Shown piece by piece: positions 9,846 through 20,125 of a DNA stretch of 64,000 nt (position 1 is its first letter; each line of letters starts with the position of its first letter). Location: NCBI GenBank assembly GCA_965237525.1, contig CBDEFO010000003.1, positions 128,001-192,000 on the forward strand, in the 5' to 3' direction. The translations under genes and the position numbers were made by a program. The stretch comes from Candidatus Latescibacterota bacterium. Lineage in GTDB: Bacteria > Latescibacterota > CBDEFO01. Below the pieces are notes generated by a model. The model was not told the origin of the DNA and ran no database searches. It saw only the letters and a program-made list of their open reading frames with translations.

Positions 9846-10337
9846 ATGAAAGGAATGAAAACAGCAATAGTTCTTGTTGGTATTTTGTCCCTGTACGGGT
9901 GCGGGGTAAGTGAAAAAGACGACCTGATCGAGTATATGGATCAGGTGACTAAGTTGGATGAGTACAACGGAAAGCTTCAGCAGTATGCTGAACTCCTTGA
10001 GGCTCAGAAGGATACGATCACTATAGAGAGTTTAGAACCGATATATAAACTGTTCAAGGATTACAAGGAGGCTCTCTTGCAGATAACGGTTCCCAAAACT
10101 ACCAAGATCAGGTCAATTCACAACAGTTATGAGAGGTTCCTATCGGACGCCCAAAAGTCCTTTATGCCATCTCCTGAACCGACCGAGAATAACATCTATA
10201 AAGCGGGAATCGCACTATCGCGAGCCAGAAAGAGCGTAGAAGGTAGGATACATCTTCAGCTTCAAACGCTCTTGGGGGTGCACGGTCTTCAGGATCAGTA
10301 TCCGCTCAAATGGCCGTCCTCACAAATAGAGGGATAA
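9846..10337 (+). CDS. hypothetical lipoprotein (paralog 1)
   Basis: SD AGGGGG, lipobox LYGC, helical 163 aa; similar to the next gene. Confidence 0.8.
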   Translation: MKGMKTAIVLVGILSLYGCGVSEKDDLIEYMDQVTKLDEYNGKLQQYAELLEAQKDTITIESLEPIYKLFKDYKEALLQITVPKTTKIRSIHNSYERFLSDAQKSFMPSPEPTENNIYKAGIALSRARKSVEGRIHLQLQTLLGVHGLQDQYPLKWPSSQIEG

Positions 10338-10387
10338 CTTCAATTTCAAGTTATACCAAAATTGCTAAGTTTTCAGGGGGATCAGAT

Positions 10388-10912
10388 ATGACAGGAAACA
10401 AATTTTTGACGTTCGGTCTGCTCGTTCTGGCCCTGGCAGGAGGCATCATTACAGGCTGTAGCAAGGGTGAGGACATAGACCTTATAGCTTATCTGGAAGA
10501 GCTTTCCAGGATAGAAAAATATCCCAGGCAGTTGGAGGAGTACGATAAGATGTTGAAGGAGATGCCTGACTCTATAGCCACTTTGGAGCCGATGTACAAA
10601 TTTATTGACGAGTACGAAACGGCCGTAAAGAGCATAGTGTCCCCCCAGACCAACAGAGTAAGAGCCATCAACGGCCTATATGAACGGTGCTTTAAAGAGG
10701 CTAAAAGACAGCTTACAAATGCCACAAAGCCGGATCAATACAGCATTTTAAGGACGGGAGACGCCTTCAGTAAAATAAGGGACGTGGTGGTTGAAAAGGT
10801 CTATCCTAATATCAGGGTAATGCTGGAGGAGTTTAATCTTCAGGTTAAGTATTCAGTGGAGTGGCCCAAGATAGAAAAGGAGGTTATAGCCGACATTCAG
10901 GAGGAACTATAA
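10388..10912 (+). CDS. hypothetical lipoprotein (paralog 2)
   Basis: ATG 10388 after SD AGGGGG; lipobox ITGC; shares DLIxY, LEPxYK, YER and YxxxWP with paralog 1. Confidence 0.8.
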   Translation: MTGNKFLTFGLLVLALAGGIITGCSKGEDIDLIAYLEELSRIEKYPRQLEEYDKMLKEMPDSIATLEPMYKFIDEYETAVKSIVSPQTNRVRAINGLYERCFKEAKRQLTNATKPDQYSILRTGDAFSKIRDVVVEKVYPNIRVMLEEFNLQVKYSVEWPKIEKEVIADIQEEL

Positions 10913-11172
10913 TGAGAGTGGATGTAAGGCTTTTCTCTTACTTTAGGGACTATCTTCCACAGGGAAGTAATGGGGGAAAAGCAAGGTTAGATCTGCCCGA
11001 TAACTCAGATGTAAGGGGTATCTTCAAAAAACTGAGCTTGCCCGTTCCACTGATAGATAACGATACGAATCTCCCGTTTATCATACTCATAAACGGCCAG
11101 AAGGCTTCTTTGGATCACACGCTCGAAGAGGGGGACGCGGTGAGTTTGTACCCTCCCATAGCGGGGGGCTAG
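10912..11172 (+). CDS. MoaD/ThiS-family ubiquitin-like sulfur carrier
   Basis: ATG overlaps the upstream TAA (TAATG); ILINGQ...LEEGDAVSLYPPIAGG with C-terminal GG. Confidence 0.88.
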   Translation: MRVDVRLFSYFRDYLPQGSNGGKARLDLPDNSDVRGIFKKLSLPVPLIDNDTNLPFIILINGQKASLDHTLEEGDAVSLYPPIAGG

Positions 11173-11270
11173 AAGTGGCTCTTAGCACTGAATTTCCCTC
11201 TCTTCTGGTCTTGGATTTAGGCTGGAGATCAGGAAAGGGCAAGAATCTCTTGCCGCTAGAGTTGTCTTCT

Positions 11271-11292
11271 AAAAAGGGAGCGGATCAGCTCC
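11271..11292 (-). terminator. probable intrinsic terminator after rlmD
   Basis: minus strand GGAGC-TGATCC-GCTCC followed by CTTTTT. Confidence 0.4.
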
Positions 11293-11389
11293 TATGAATG
11301 GCAACGCGGGTTGCGTCAGGCGAACCGATGGCTCAGGGACCAACCTTAGCCCTTCCCAATTTCCCCACACGCTACAACATGATATCCAT

Positions 11390-12736
11390 CTAAACCCGTA
11401 CAAGTTTCGCTACTACTTCAATGTGCGGTGTGTGGGGAAACATATCCACAGGCTGAAGGACTTCAACTTTATAACCTGAAAAACTGAGTATCCTCAAGTC
11501 GGCAGCTAGGGATTCTGGGTTGCAGGAAACACAGACGATCCTGGCGGGAGACAGTCTCGAAAGTGCCCTGCACGCCTTCTTATGCATCCCTTCTCTGGGA
11601 GGGTCAACTACTGCCACATCGAAGAACTCTCCCGTCTGCAAAAATCGGGGCAGAATCTCCTTAACGTCGCCATATATGAACTCGCAATTAGAGATTTCGT
11701 TCTGCGTTGCATTCTGACTTGCATCCTCAACAGCACTTTCTACAAGTTCCACTCCGACCACACTCTTTGCCTTCCTCGAAAGGAATAGGGAGATAGCCCC
11801 AGTCCCGCAATAAAGGTCCAATACATCCTCGTCCCCCTTCAAATCGGCGAATTCCAGAACGATATCGTATAACTCTTCAGACTGAAACGAGTTGGTCTGG
11901 AAGAAAGAGTTCGCTGAAATCTGGAACGATAGTCCCCCGATATTTTCGACGATATAACCTCGTCCGTCCAAGATCTCCTCCCTTAATCCCACAGCGATCT
12001 GCGACTTCTCAGGATTGACGTTCCAAAGCAGGCTCTTTACGTCGTGTCGCTTTGTAATGTAACGCGCCAAATCTTCCTTATCCTTGAATTCCTCATCAGA
12101 CGTTACGAGATTTACCATCACCTCGCCTGACCCCTTTCCCTCCCTTATAGTCACAAATCTTAGAAGGCCTTCGTGGCTCTTAAGGTCATATATGGAAAGT
12201 TTCTTGCTTTCGACAAAATTTCTTATGTCTTCGACTATAGAGTTCGATTCCTCCGACTGGAGATAGCATTTATCCAGATTAAAGACCAAGTCGTACCTTC
12301 CCTGGACGTGCAGTCCTAAAACAGGTCGGTTCTCCTTGTCTGACCCGAACGAGAATTCCATCTTATTGCGGTAGAAAAATATATTCTTGCTTCCTATAGG
12401 CTCGGCCACATCCAACCCATCGAAACCTGCTCTCTTCAGGGCGTTCTTCACTACCCTGCTTTTGAGCTTTAACTGCTCCTTGTATTCAATATCCTGCCAC
12501 TTACATCCGCCGCATTCATGGAAATGTCCGCATCTGGGCTCTATACGGGGGATGCCCTCCTTCAATATGGTTACAGTCTCAGCCTCTACAAAGCCCTTTC
12601 TTCTCCTTTTGATTTTAGCTCTTACCACGTCCCCCGGCAGAGCCCCTTTCACCCTGAAGATCTGCGAATCTATACTTCCTATTCCATCGCCCTTTGTAGA
12701 AATATCCTCGATTGTAAGTTCTACCAGTCTTTTCAT
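11390..12736 (-). CDS. rlmD: 23S rRNA (uracil-5)-methyltransferase RlmD/TrmA family
   Basis: TRAM domain, CGHFHECGGC Fe-S motif, SFFQTN, DLYCGTG, DPPREG, DMFPHTPHIE. Confidence 0.93.
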   Translation of the reverse strand: MKRLVELTIEDISTKGDGIGSIDSQIFRVKGALPGDVVRAKIKRRRKGFVEAETVTILKEGIPRIEPRCGHFHECGGCKWQDIEYKEQLKLKSRVVKNALKRAGFDGLDVAEPIGSKNIFFYRNKMEFSFGSDKENRPVLGLHVQGRYDLVFNLDKCYLQSEESNSIVEDIRNFVESKKLSIYDLKSHEGLLRFVTIREGKGSGEVMVNLVTSDEEFKDKEDLARYITKRHDVKSLLWNVNPEKSQIAVGLREEILDGRGYIVENIGGLSFQISANSFFQTNSFQSEELYDIVLEFADLKGDEDVLDLYCGTGAISLFLSRKAKSVVGVELVESAVEDASQNATQNEISNCEFIYGDVKEILPRFLQTGEFFDVAVVDPPREGMHKKACRALSRLSPARIVCVSCNPESLAADLRILSFSGYKVEVLQPVDMFPHTPHIEVVAKLVRV

Positions 12737-12842
12737 ATGGCATCAAATGTAGAAGGGCAACTCGAACGATGTCCGCTTTGCCCTTCTTTGCTAACTTTAG
12801 AAATGTTGCGCCCTTAGCATATTTTCTTCTTGAAGAACCGAC

Positions 12843-13529
12843 CTAATCTTTGTCAGAAGTTTTATCGGCATCACCCTTAGTAGTGGACGTTCTACTCCCG
12901 GTAGATTTTCTTCCGCTCGAAATGGATGCTCTATCCTGCTTTTTCTTCGCCTCGGCTTCAACTGGAGCTTTCTTCTTGCTGTCCTCTACTTTCTCTATTT
13001 CATCGGTTTCCTGTTCTTGGGTCTCCTCTTGGACAGCGGCTACTTTACTCTCCTTTTCTTCCCCCTCTACCGTCTCGACATCCCCTTTTTCCGTCTCCTT
13101 TTTAACCTGTTCGACTGTTTCAACTTCCTCCACTGCTTCGGTTTTCTGGACTGCCTCCTCTCCATCTCCCGCCTTGCTCTCTACGAACTCTATTATTGAG
13201 AGCTTTGCCCCATCGCCCTTCCGCTGACCTAATTTAACAATCCTGAGATACCCTCCGTTTCGATCGTCAAATCTTGTGGCTATGTCATCGAACAGTTTTG
13301 CCACCAAAGATTTGTCCTTGATGACCTTTAGAACTTGTCTTCTGGCGTGCAGATCACCTCTTTTTGCCAAGGTTATCAATCGCTCCACAACCCGCCTTAG
13401 TTCCTTTGCTTTGGCGTCCGTAGTCCTTATCGACTCTTTGTTCACCAAAGACGTGGCCGTATTTGATAACATAGCCTTCTTATGACTGGCGGTCCTATTC
13501 AGTCTATTTCCTCTATTACGATGTCTCAT
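12843..13529 (-). CDS. rplQ: 50S ribosomal protein L17 with ~110-aa acidic C-terminal extension
   Basis: MRHR...LITLAK...[12 protein letters not shown]-rich tail. Confidence 0.97.
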   Translation of the reverse strand: MRHRNRGNRLNRTASHKKAMLSNTATSLVNKESIRTTDAKAKELRRVVERLITLAKRGDLHARRQVLKVIKDKSLVAKLFDDIATRFDDRNGGYLRIVKLGQRKGDGAKLSIIEFVESKAGDGEEAVQKTEAVEEVETVEQVKKETEKGDVETVEGEEKESKVAAVQEETQEQETDEIEKVEDSKKKAPVEAEAKKKQDRASISSGRKSTGSRTSTTKGDADKTSDKD

Positions 13530-13557
13530 CTATAGTTTACCAGGTCTGTATATCGTG

Positions 13558-14550
13558 TCAATCTGCCTTGTCTGTTGACTCCAGTTGGTACTTGGACACA
13601 TCCATGCCGAGGCTCAGACTCAACTCGTCCAGAGTGGAGACCAGCTCGTTGAGAGATTTCCTGCCGAAGTTCGTGTATTTGAGCATGTCCTCTTCTGACT
13701 TGTGGACCAGATCCCCTAAAGTCTCTATCCCCGCAGCTCTCAGACAGTTAGCCGACCGAACCGAAAGTTCCAGTTCATCTACAGACATCCGCAAAAGATT
13801 CCGTATCTTTTCTTCCTCTTCGTCTATTTCTTCCTCTTCTATCTCCTCCGGTTCCTCCTCAAAATTGATGAACAGTTCCAGATGATCTTTCAATATCTTG
13901 GCCGCGAACGCTAAAGCGTCGTCCGGCTGCATGGTTCCATTCGTCCAGATCTCCAAGATCAGCTTATCGTAATCTGTCCTTTGGCCTACCCTTGCATTTT
14001 CCACATGGTAGTTGACCTTCTGTATCGGGGAGAAGAGAGAGTCCACGGTTATAGTTCCTACGGGATCATCTTCAATTTTGTTCTCCTCTGCAAAGACGTA
14101 CCCTCTACCGCTTCCTATCACGATCTCCGCCTCGAAGTAAGCGTCCTTCCCCAACGTTGCTATATGAAGGTCGGGATTTAATATCTCTACTTCGGGATCT
14201 ACCTGAAGATCTACGGCTTTAAGGTCGTCCGGACCGCCCTTTTCGACTATTATCGCCTTATCCTCGTCTGAGTGTAGCTTAACGTTTACTTGTTTCAGGT
14301 TCAATATGATCTCAGGTACATCTTCAACGATGTTCTGCATAACGGAGAATTCGTGTTGAACGCTATCTAATCTCACGGACTTGATTGCGGCTCCCTGGAT
14401 CGATGAAAGCAGAGCGCGCCTAAGGGCGTTTCCCAGAGTAATTCCGAATCCTCTTTCGAGCGGCTGAACCACGAACTTGCCGTAATTATTGGAAAAATCG
14501 GACTCATCAAACTCAACTGCCTTGGGCATCTGAATACTTTTCAATTTCAT
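13558..14550 (-). CDS. rpoA: RNA polymerase alpha subunit
   Basis: PLERGFGITLGNALRR, ELSVRSANCL, NFGRKSL. Confidence 0.98.
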   Translation of the reverse strand: MKLKSIQMPKAVEFDESDFSNNYGKFVVQPLERGFGITLGNALRRALLSSIQGAAIKSVRLDSVQHEFSVMQNIVEDVPEIILNLKQVNVKLHSDEDKAIIVEKGGPDDLKAVDLQVDPEVEILNPDLHIATLGKDAYFEAEIVIGSGRGYVFAEENKIEDDPVGTITVDSLFSPIQKVNYHVENARVGQRTDYDKLILEIWTNGTMQPDDALAFAAKILKDHLELFINFEEEPEEIEEEEIDEEEEKIRNLLRMSVDELELSVRSANCLRAAGIETLGDLVHKSEEDMLKYTNFGRKSLNELVSTLDELSLSLGMDVSKYQLESTDKAD

Positions 14551-14728
14551 ACGGATCTATCTCCCGGAAATTCAGTACCTCTATCTAGCATCGATGCTTT
14601 GTGCAAAAACGCTGCATCCACTCAACCTTTGTAGTTTAGTTCTGCAGCTTTTCGCGCCTCTGTGGTCGATGTGGTAAGATTCTGTTACATCTATGATATT
14701 AAAGTCGAGGATTCCCGATCAAAGATCG

Positions 14729-15358
14729 CTACCTTGAGTAGAACTCCACAATCAGCTGTTCTTCGGCCGGAGTTGGGATGTCCTCCCTGGTGGGGATCGC
14801 AAGCAAAGTGCCTGTCAGATTCGCCTTGTCTACAGAAAACCATGAAAGTTCCTGTTCCGGAACCATCCTACTCAAAGAGGCATGGATCATCTCCATCTGT
14901 CTGCTTTTCTGTTGTACCTTGATCGTATCCTCTACACAGACCAGATAAGATGGAATGTCAACCAACTTGTCGTTTACCAGAATATGCCTGTGTCTCACTA
15001 ATTGCCTGGCCGCCTTCCGGGAAGGCGCGAATCCAACTCTATAGACGATGTTATCCAGACGTCTCTCAAGCAGTCTCAACAGATTCTCTCCCGACTCTCC
15101 CTTCTGTCTGGACGCCTTTTGGAAATACTTCTTGAATTGCTTCTCCAATATCCCGTAGGTTCTTTTGACCTTCTGCTTTTCCCTCAGTCTGATTCCGTAT
15201 TCGGAAAGTTTTCTTCCGTGACGTTGACCATGCTGGCCCGGACTGTAGGCTCTCTTTTGGATAGCGCACTTGTCCGAGAAACATCGCTCTCCCTTCAAGA
15301 AGAGCTTGGCTCCCTCACGTCTGCACAACTTGCAGTTGGCATCAGTGTATCTTGCCAT
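14729..15358 (-). CDS. rpsD: 30S ribosomal protein S4
   Basis: [29 protein letters not shown]. Confidence 0.98.
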   Translation of the reverse strand: MARYTDANCKLCRREGAKLFLKGERCFSDKCAIQKRAYSPGQHGQRHGRKLSEYGIRLREKQKVKRTYGILEKQFKKYFQKASRQKGESGENLLRLLERRLDNIVYRVGFAPSRKAARQLVRHRHILVNDKLVDIPSYLVCVEDTIKVQQKSRQMEMIHASLSRMVPEQELSWFSVDKANLTGTLLAIPTREDIPTPAEEQLIVEFYSR

Positions 15359-15375
15359 TTAAGATCCCCTAATTA

Positions 15376-15433
15376 AGTAGACAGTAGTCAGTAGACAGCA
15401 TACAGGAACTACCCCTATCTCTGACTGCCTACT
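15376..15433 (+). repeat. heptamer-armed palindromic element (family A)
   Basis: AGTAGAC AGTAGTC AGTAGAC AGCATAC-AGG core-...GACT GCCTACT; a second degenerate copy lies at ~15477-15510. Confidence 0.8.
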
Positions 15434-15519
15434 GGGCTAACACTCCGGTCGCCCCTGCTAAACTTTTCGTGGGTGGGTAGATGGGCCCCGTCAACTGTTT
15501 GCTGTCTCCTTGTTATATG

Positions 15520-15906
15520 TTACACCCTCCGTCTTTTGGGGGGACGACATCCGTTATGAGGAATAGGTGTTACGTCCCTTATTGCTGTGATTTCAAGTCC
15601 GGCGGTCTGAAGCGCTCTAACTGCCGATTCTCTGCCTACACCTGGACCCTTTACCCAGACCTCTACTCTCCTTAAGCCTAAGGCCATAGCTTCCTTAGCA
15701 GAAGCATCCGCTGCCAGTGAAGCTGCGTAAGGTGTGCTCTTCCTTGAGCCCTTAAATCCCACCTTACCGGTGGATGCCCACGCTATCACATGGCCGTCCC
15801 GGTCTGTTAGAGTGACTATGGTATTGTTAAAGGTCGCCTTTATGTGAGCGATCCCATCGGCATCCACCTTCTTGGCTTTCTTTGATCTCCTCTCAGGCGG
15901 TGACAA
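15520..15906 (-). CDS. rpsK: 30S ribosomal protein S11
   Basis: [30 protein letters not shown] start. Confidence 0.98.
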   Translation of the reverse strand: MSPPERRSKKAKKVDADGIAHIKATFNNTIVTLTDRDGHVIAWASTGKVGFKGSRKSTPYAASLAADASAKEAMALGLRRVEVWVKGPGVGRESAVRALQTAGLEITAIRDVTPIPHNGCRPPKRRRV

Positions 15907-15918
15907 ATCTCATTCTCC

Positions 15919-16287
15919 TCATCTTTTTCCCTTTATAATCGGGCGTCTTGGACCCTTGCGCGTCCTGGCATTTGTATGTGTCCTTTGACCTCTGGCCGGC
16001 AATCCCCTGCGGTGCCGCAAACCCCGATAGGTACCGATGTCCATAAGCCTCTTTACATCCATGTCCACATCGGCCCGCAGGCTCCCTTCGACCTTATAAT
16101 TGGACTCAATAGCCGTCCTGAGCTTATTAATCTCCTCCTCCGTAAGGTTTACGATTCGGGTATCTGGATTTAAACCTGCCTGGCCTAAAATCTTATTGGA
16201 ACTGGATCTGCCTATACCGTATATATAGGTCAAAGCTATCTCCACCCTCTTATCCCTGGGCAAATCAACGCCAGCTATCCTTGCCAA
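15919..16287 (-). CDS. rpsM: 30S ribosomal protein S13
   Basis: [23 protein letters not shown] start. Confidence 0.98.
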   Translation of the reverse strand: MARIAGVDLPRDKRVEIALTYIYGIGRSSSNKILGQAGLNPDTRIVNLTEEEINKLRTAIESNYKVEGSLRADVDMDVKRLMDIGTYRGLRHRRGLPARGQRTHTNARTRKGPRRPIIKGKR

Positions 16288-16443
16288 GATGAATCCCCTC
16301 CTTAAAGTTGAAGTTCAACCTGCTTTATAACCCGCTGCAAAGTTGCCAATCGCTCTATAACCTGGCGGGCTATTCAGTTTCCGCAAAAGCGTCTCTACGC
16401 CTACGCTTCGACAGGATCAATGTGGTGTTTAAACGACACTCAC

Positions 16444-16593
16444 TTACTTCTTTCTCTGCGCAGAGCTGAATGACCCTGGGCCCTGTCTCTGCTTATGCCT
16501 TGGATTGGCGCTGCATATAACCCTTAAGACACCTTTCCTTTTTATTATTTTGCAGGAGGTACATCTCCTCCTTATAGACGCCTTAACCTTCAT
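16444..16593 (-). CDS. rpmJ: 50S ribosomal protein L36 (Zn-binding type) with 11-aa C-terminal extension
   Basis: Manual translation [49 protein letters not shown]; below the ORF-track cutoff. Confidence 0.95.
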   Translation of the reverse strand: MKVKASIRRRCTSCKIIKRKGVLRVICSANPRHKQRQGPGSFSSAQRKK

Positions 16594-16616
16594 AGATTCT
16601 TATCTTTCCTATAGGA

Positions 16617-16758
16617 CCCCAAAGAGGCGGCATACGCACTGCAGAGGCAGCGTAGGCACTGCGTGAATTCCTCCATTCGTCCTTGCACGGAGCACGAAGT
16701 ACCAGCAACATTGTCAACAGCCCACGAAATGGAGAAGTGGTCGGAGAACTTTTTCGGG
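16617..16758. repeat. MITE-like element (family B), copy 1
   Basis: CCCCAAAGAG...GGCACTGCGTGAATTCCT...CGGAGCACGAAGT...AGAACTTTTTCGGG; matches 21250-21365. Confidence 0.7.
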
Positions 16759-16775
16759 AAAACTTGTCATAGACG

Positions 16776-16994
16776 TCACTTGTAGCGATACACAATCCTG
16801 CCTCTGTCCAGGTCGTAAGGAGACAGTTCTACAGTCACCTTGTCCCCTGGAAGGACACGGATAAACTTTATTTTCATCTTCCCGGATGTGTATGCCAGGA
16901 CGGTGTGTCCGTTTTCTAACTCCACCTTGAACATATCGTTTGGGAGCGCCTCGATAGCTGTTCCTTCAACCTTGATTGCCTCTTCCTTTGGCAT
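16776..16994 (-). CDS. infA: translation initiation factor IF-1
   Basis: [32 protein letters not shown]. Confidence 0.97.
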   Translation of the reverse strand: MPKEEAIKVEGTAIEALPNDMFKVELENGHTVLAYTSGKMKIKFIRVLPGDKVTVELSPYDLDRGRIVYRYK

Positions 16995-17018
16995 CAAAAA
17001 CGCCTCCGTTATCGAACG

Positions 17019-17660
17019 TTATCGAACAGAAAGACTCTTTAAGATCCTATCGTGAACCTGTTCTATCGTGCCTTCACCATCAATGTCCAGAAGATTCCCC
17101 CTGTCTCTGTAGAACACATTTAAAGGCTCAGTTTTCTCGTGATAGACCTTGAGTCTGGTTACCACCGCTTCTTTTATGTCATCCGTTCTGGACGTCACCT
17201 TTCCCCCGCATAGATCGCATACATCGGTAGATATAGGATCTTTGACGGTGTAATCTTGGCGGCAGACCTCGCACTGCCTGCGACATTCAAGCCTCTCTAC
17301 CAGAATATCCTCAGCGACAGAGATATTGAGAACGAACTCTATTTTCGACCCCAAATCATTTAAGATACGCTCCAGACCCTGGGCTTGATTGATGGTTCTG
17401 GGGAAGCCATCTAACACAAATCCATCCTTACAGCCAGCGTTCAGGAGCCTTTCTCTTACAATATCCAGCATAACATCGTCGGGAACCAGTTCCCCTTTAT
17501 CTGCGTAAAAACGTGCTTTAAGACCCAATTTTGTCCCTATTCTGGCAGCTTCCCTTAGAATATCTCCTGTGGATATCTGGGGTATACCCAGAACCTTGCA
17601 CACTTTCTTAACCTGAGTTCCCTTTCCGGAGCCAGGCGGTCCCAATAGAACAAGAATCAA
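17019..17660 (-). CDS. adk: adenylate kinase (Zn-lid type)
   Basis: GPPGSGKGTQ, LDGFPRT, CxxC...CxxC lid. Confidence 0.97.
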   Translation of the reverse strand: MILVLLGPPGSGKGTQVKKVCKVLGIPQISTGDILREAARIGTKLGLKARFYADKGELVPDDVMLDIVRERLLNAGCKDGFVLDGFPRTINQAQGLERILNDLGSKIEFVLNISVAEDILVERLECRRQCEVCRQDYTVKDPISTDVCDLCGGKVTSRTDDIKEAVVTRLKVYHEKTEPLNVFYRDRGNLLDIDGEGTIEQVHDRILKSLSVR

Positions 17661-17663
17661 ACC

Positions 17664-18971
17664 CTATCTCCTGCCCTTCAGTCTGCCCTTTTTCATAAAG
17701 CCGTCGTAGTGGCGCATAAGCAGATGAGATTCCACCTGCTGAAGGGTGTCCAGCGCCACTCCCACTATGATCAAAAGACCCGTACCGCCGAAAAACTGTG
17801 CAAATTTTTGGGCGACATTCATAGACTTTGTTACAAAGAATGGGAATATGGCTATAGCGGCTAAAAAGAGCGCCCCTGGTAGCGTAATCCTCGTTAAAAT
17901 TTGGTCTATGTACTCGGCTGTCCTCTTGCCGGGTCTTATGCCCGGAATAAAACCGCTCCGGCTTTTCAGGTTGTCCGCCGTATCCACAGGATTAAAGACG
18001 ATAGCGGCGTAAAAATAGGTGAAAAAGACTATCATAAGTCCGTAGAGGAACCAGTAGAAGGGCGAATCAGTCTCAAAAAATTCCATCAGCCAGCTTATAA
18101 ATTCGTTTCCCTGGAAGAAGGTTCCGACAGTAGAAGGTAAGAACATAATAGCCTGGGTAAAGATTATGGGTATAACCCCGGCTACATTTATCTTCATAGG
18201 AAGATGCGTGCTCTGTCCGCCATATATTCTTCTCCCCACGATCTTCTTGGCGAACTGGATCGGGATTCTCCTTTGACCCTGGGTTAGCAGCACCACCATG
18301 CCTACTACGCCTACCAACAAAGCGCAAAGAAGTAGCTCAGGGATAATGCCCTTATCGTTTATTCGGAAATAGTTGAATTCCTCCTTCAGCGCATAGGGAA
18401 AATCTGCCACGATACCTATGAATATGATCAGAGATATGCCGTTTCCTATGCCTCTTTCTGTGATCTGCTCTCCCAACCACATGATAAGTACGGTCCCTGC
18501 CGTGATAGTCAACATCGTCAAAAGCGTAAACACGGGGCCCGAATGCGGTACTACCCGTCCTTCTCCAATATTCTGCCAGTAGACAGCCAGTCCCAGAGAC
18601 TGCGCCGCCGCCAACAGCACTGTGCCGTATCTGCTGTACTGATTTATCTTATTTTGTCCCTCTCTTCCCTCCTTCTGAAGCCTCTGGAAATAGGGCATCA
18701 CGGAACCTAAAAGTTGCAATATAATCTGAGCGCTGATATAGGGCATGATCCCGAGGGCAAATATAGTCGCCTTGGAGAAATTTCCCCCTGCGAACATGTC
18801 GTAAAGCCCGAATATCCCCGACGTTGGCGCAAACTCCAAAAGAGCACCAGAATCGATCCCCGGAATTATCACTAATCCCCCGGACCTATATATTACCAGT
18901 ATAGCTAGGGTAAACAGGATCCTCTTTCTCAACTCTGGGATTTTGAAGCTATTTTGAAAGCTCTTCAGCAA
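17664..18971 (-). CDS. secY: preprotein translocase SecY
   Basis: FALGIMPYISA, GIGNGISL, IPGIRPG, GGTGLLI. Confidence 0.98.
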   Translation of the reverse strand: MLKSFQNSFKIPELRKRILFTLAILVIYRSGGLVIIPGIDSGALLEFAPTSGIFGLYDMFAGGNFSKATIFALGIMPYISAQIILQLLGSVMPYFQRLQKEGREGQNKINQYSRYGTVLLAAAQSLGLAVYWQNIGEGRVVPHSGPVFTLLTMLTITAGTVLIMWLGEQITERGIGNGISLIIFIGIVADFPYALKEEFNYFRINDKGIIPELLLCALLVGVVGMVVLLTQGQRRIPIQFAKKIVGRRIYGGQSTHLPMKINVAGVIPIIFTQAIMFLPSTVGTFFQGNEFISWLMEFFETDSPFYWFLYGLMIVFFTYFYAAIVFNPVDTADNLKSRSGFIPGIRPGKRTAEYIDQILTRITLPGALFLAAIAIFPFFVTKSMNVAQKFAQFFGGTGLLIIVGVALDTLQQVESHLLMRHYDGFMKKGRLKGRR

Positions 18972-19406
18972 CTATATCACCTCAATGCTTCCGCCAGCTT
19001 GGGTTATCTTCTTCTGAGCTGACTCTGAAAAGGCATTGGCTTTGACGTTTAAGGCCTTATCTATCTTTCCGTCTCCCAGTATCTTGACGGGTTTGTTGAG
19101 ACTGCGTATCAGCCCTGCCATCTTCATAGTCTGGGGAGTAACGTCCCCGTCCAGGCGCGACATATCCTGCACGTTGACTATCTGAAAAACCACCTTAAAT
19201 CTGTTGTTAAAGCCCCTCCTGGGCAGTCGCCTTTGCAGTGGCATCTGGCCACCTTCAAACCAATTTCTTGATTTGGCTCCAGACCGGGATTTTTGGCCTT
19301 TTTCACCTCTTCCAGCAGTTTTTCCGTGACCCGACCCTACTCCCCTTCCGACCCTTTTTCTATTCTTGACTGCACCTTTGGGTGGCTTCAGACTGTCCAA
19401 TTTCAT
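18972..19406 (-). CDS. rplO: 50S ribosomal protein L15
   Basis: RVGRG.GSGHGKT, FEGGQMPL.RRLP. Confidence 0.98.
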   Translation of the reverse strand: MKLDSLKPPKGAVKNRKRVGRGVGSGHGKTAGRGEKGQKSRSGAKSRNWFEGGQMPLQRRLPRRGFNNRFKVVFQIVNVQDMSRLDGDVTPQTMKMAGLIRSLNKPVKILGDGKIDKALNVKANAFSESAQKKITQAGGSIEVI

Positions 19407-19414
19407 TTTTGGCT

Positions 19415-19597
19415 TTATCCTTTGACTTCTAGGACTTCGACTAGATGGGACACCTTACTTATCATTCCCCTTATCTGGGGAGTATCTTCTTTGAGTACCG
19501 TTCCCCTCAACCTCTTTATCCCCAGAGCCCGCATCGTTCGCTTTTGGGTCTGATTCCTTCCGATTGTGCTTCTTTCCTGTGTTATTCTTAATTTCAA
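19415..19597 (-). CDS. rpmD: 50S ribosomal protein L30
   Basis: RSTIG...ALG...[12 protein letters not shown]; position in the spc operon. Confidence 0.95.
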   Translation of the reverse strand: MKLRITQERSTIGRNQTQKRTMRALGIKRLRGTVLKEDTPQIRGMISKVSHLVEVLEVKG

Positions 19598-19609
19598 GGG
19601 CTACGTTCC

Positions 19610-20125
19610 TTATGCTCTATGATGCAATGTCCTCAGGTCAATGTCGCGCTCAAGGGCAACGCTTTCCGGGTCTCTGAGCACCTTCAATGCCTCCATAGTT
19701 GCTTTGGCTGCGTTGTGCGGATTCTTCGACCCCAAAGATTTGCTCAGCACGTTTTGAATCCCTGCAGCTTCCAGGACAGCTCTTATTGATCCTCCTGCTA
19801 TCACACCCGTACCTGGGGAAGCTGGCTTCAAAAACACCTTTCCGGCTCCGAACTTCCCAACGATCCAGTGTGGAATAGTACCGTTCACCAGGGGTATGAT
19901 GTACATATTCTTCTTTGCCGCCTCTGTACCTTTTCTGATCGCCTCTGAAACCTCACCTGCTTTTCCCAATCCCAAGCCTATGTGTCCGTTCTTATCCCCT
20001 ACGACAATTAAAGTGTTGAAGCAGAACCTGCGTCCCCCCTTCCTTACGTGAGCCACCCTATGGATAGGAGGAACTACAGCCTCAACCAATTCTCCCAAAT
20101 CATCTGATTTTACGCGACGCGCCAA
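19610..20125 (-). CDS. rpsE: 30S ribosomal protein S5
   Basis: [23 protein letters not shown]. Confidence 0.97.
   Translation of the reverse strand: MARRVKSDDLGELVEAVVPPIHRVAHVRKGGRRFCFNTLIVVGDKNGHIGLGLGKAGEVSEAIRKGTEAAKKNMYIIPLVNGTIPHWIVGKFGAGKVFLKPASPGTGVIAGGSIRAVLEAAGIQNVLSKSLGSKNPHNAAKATMEALKVLRDPESVALERDIDLRTLHHRA

Noticed and set aside
16995..17018. Absence of map between adk and infA
   Set aside because: Common gene-order variation; not informative on its own.
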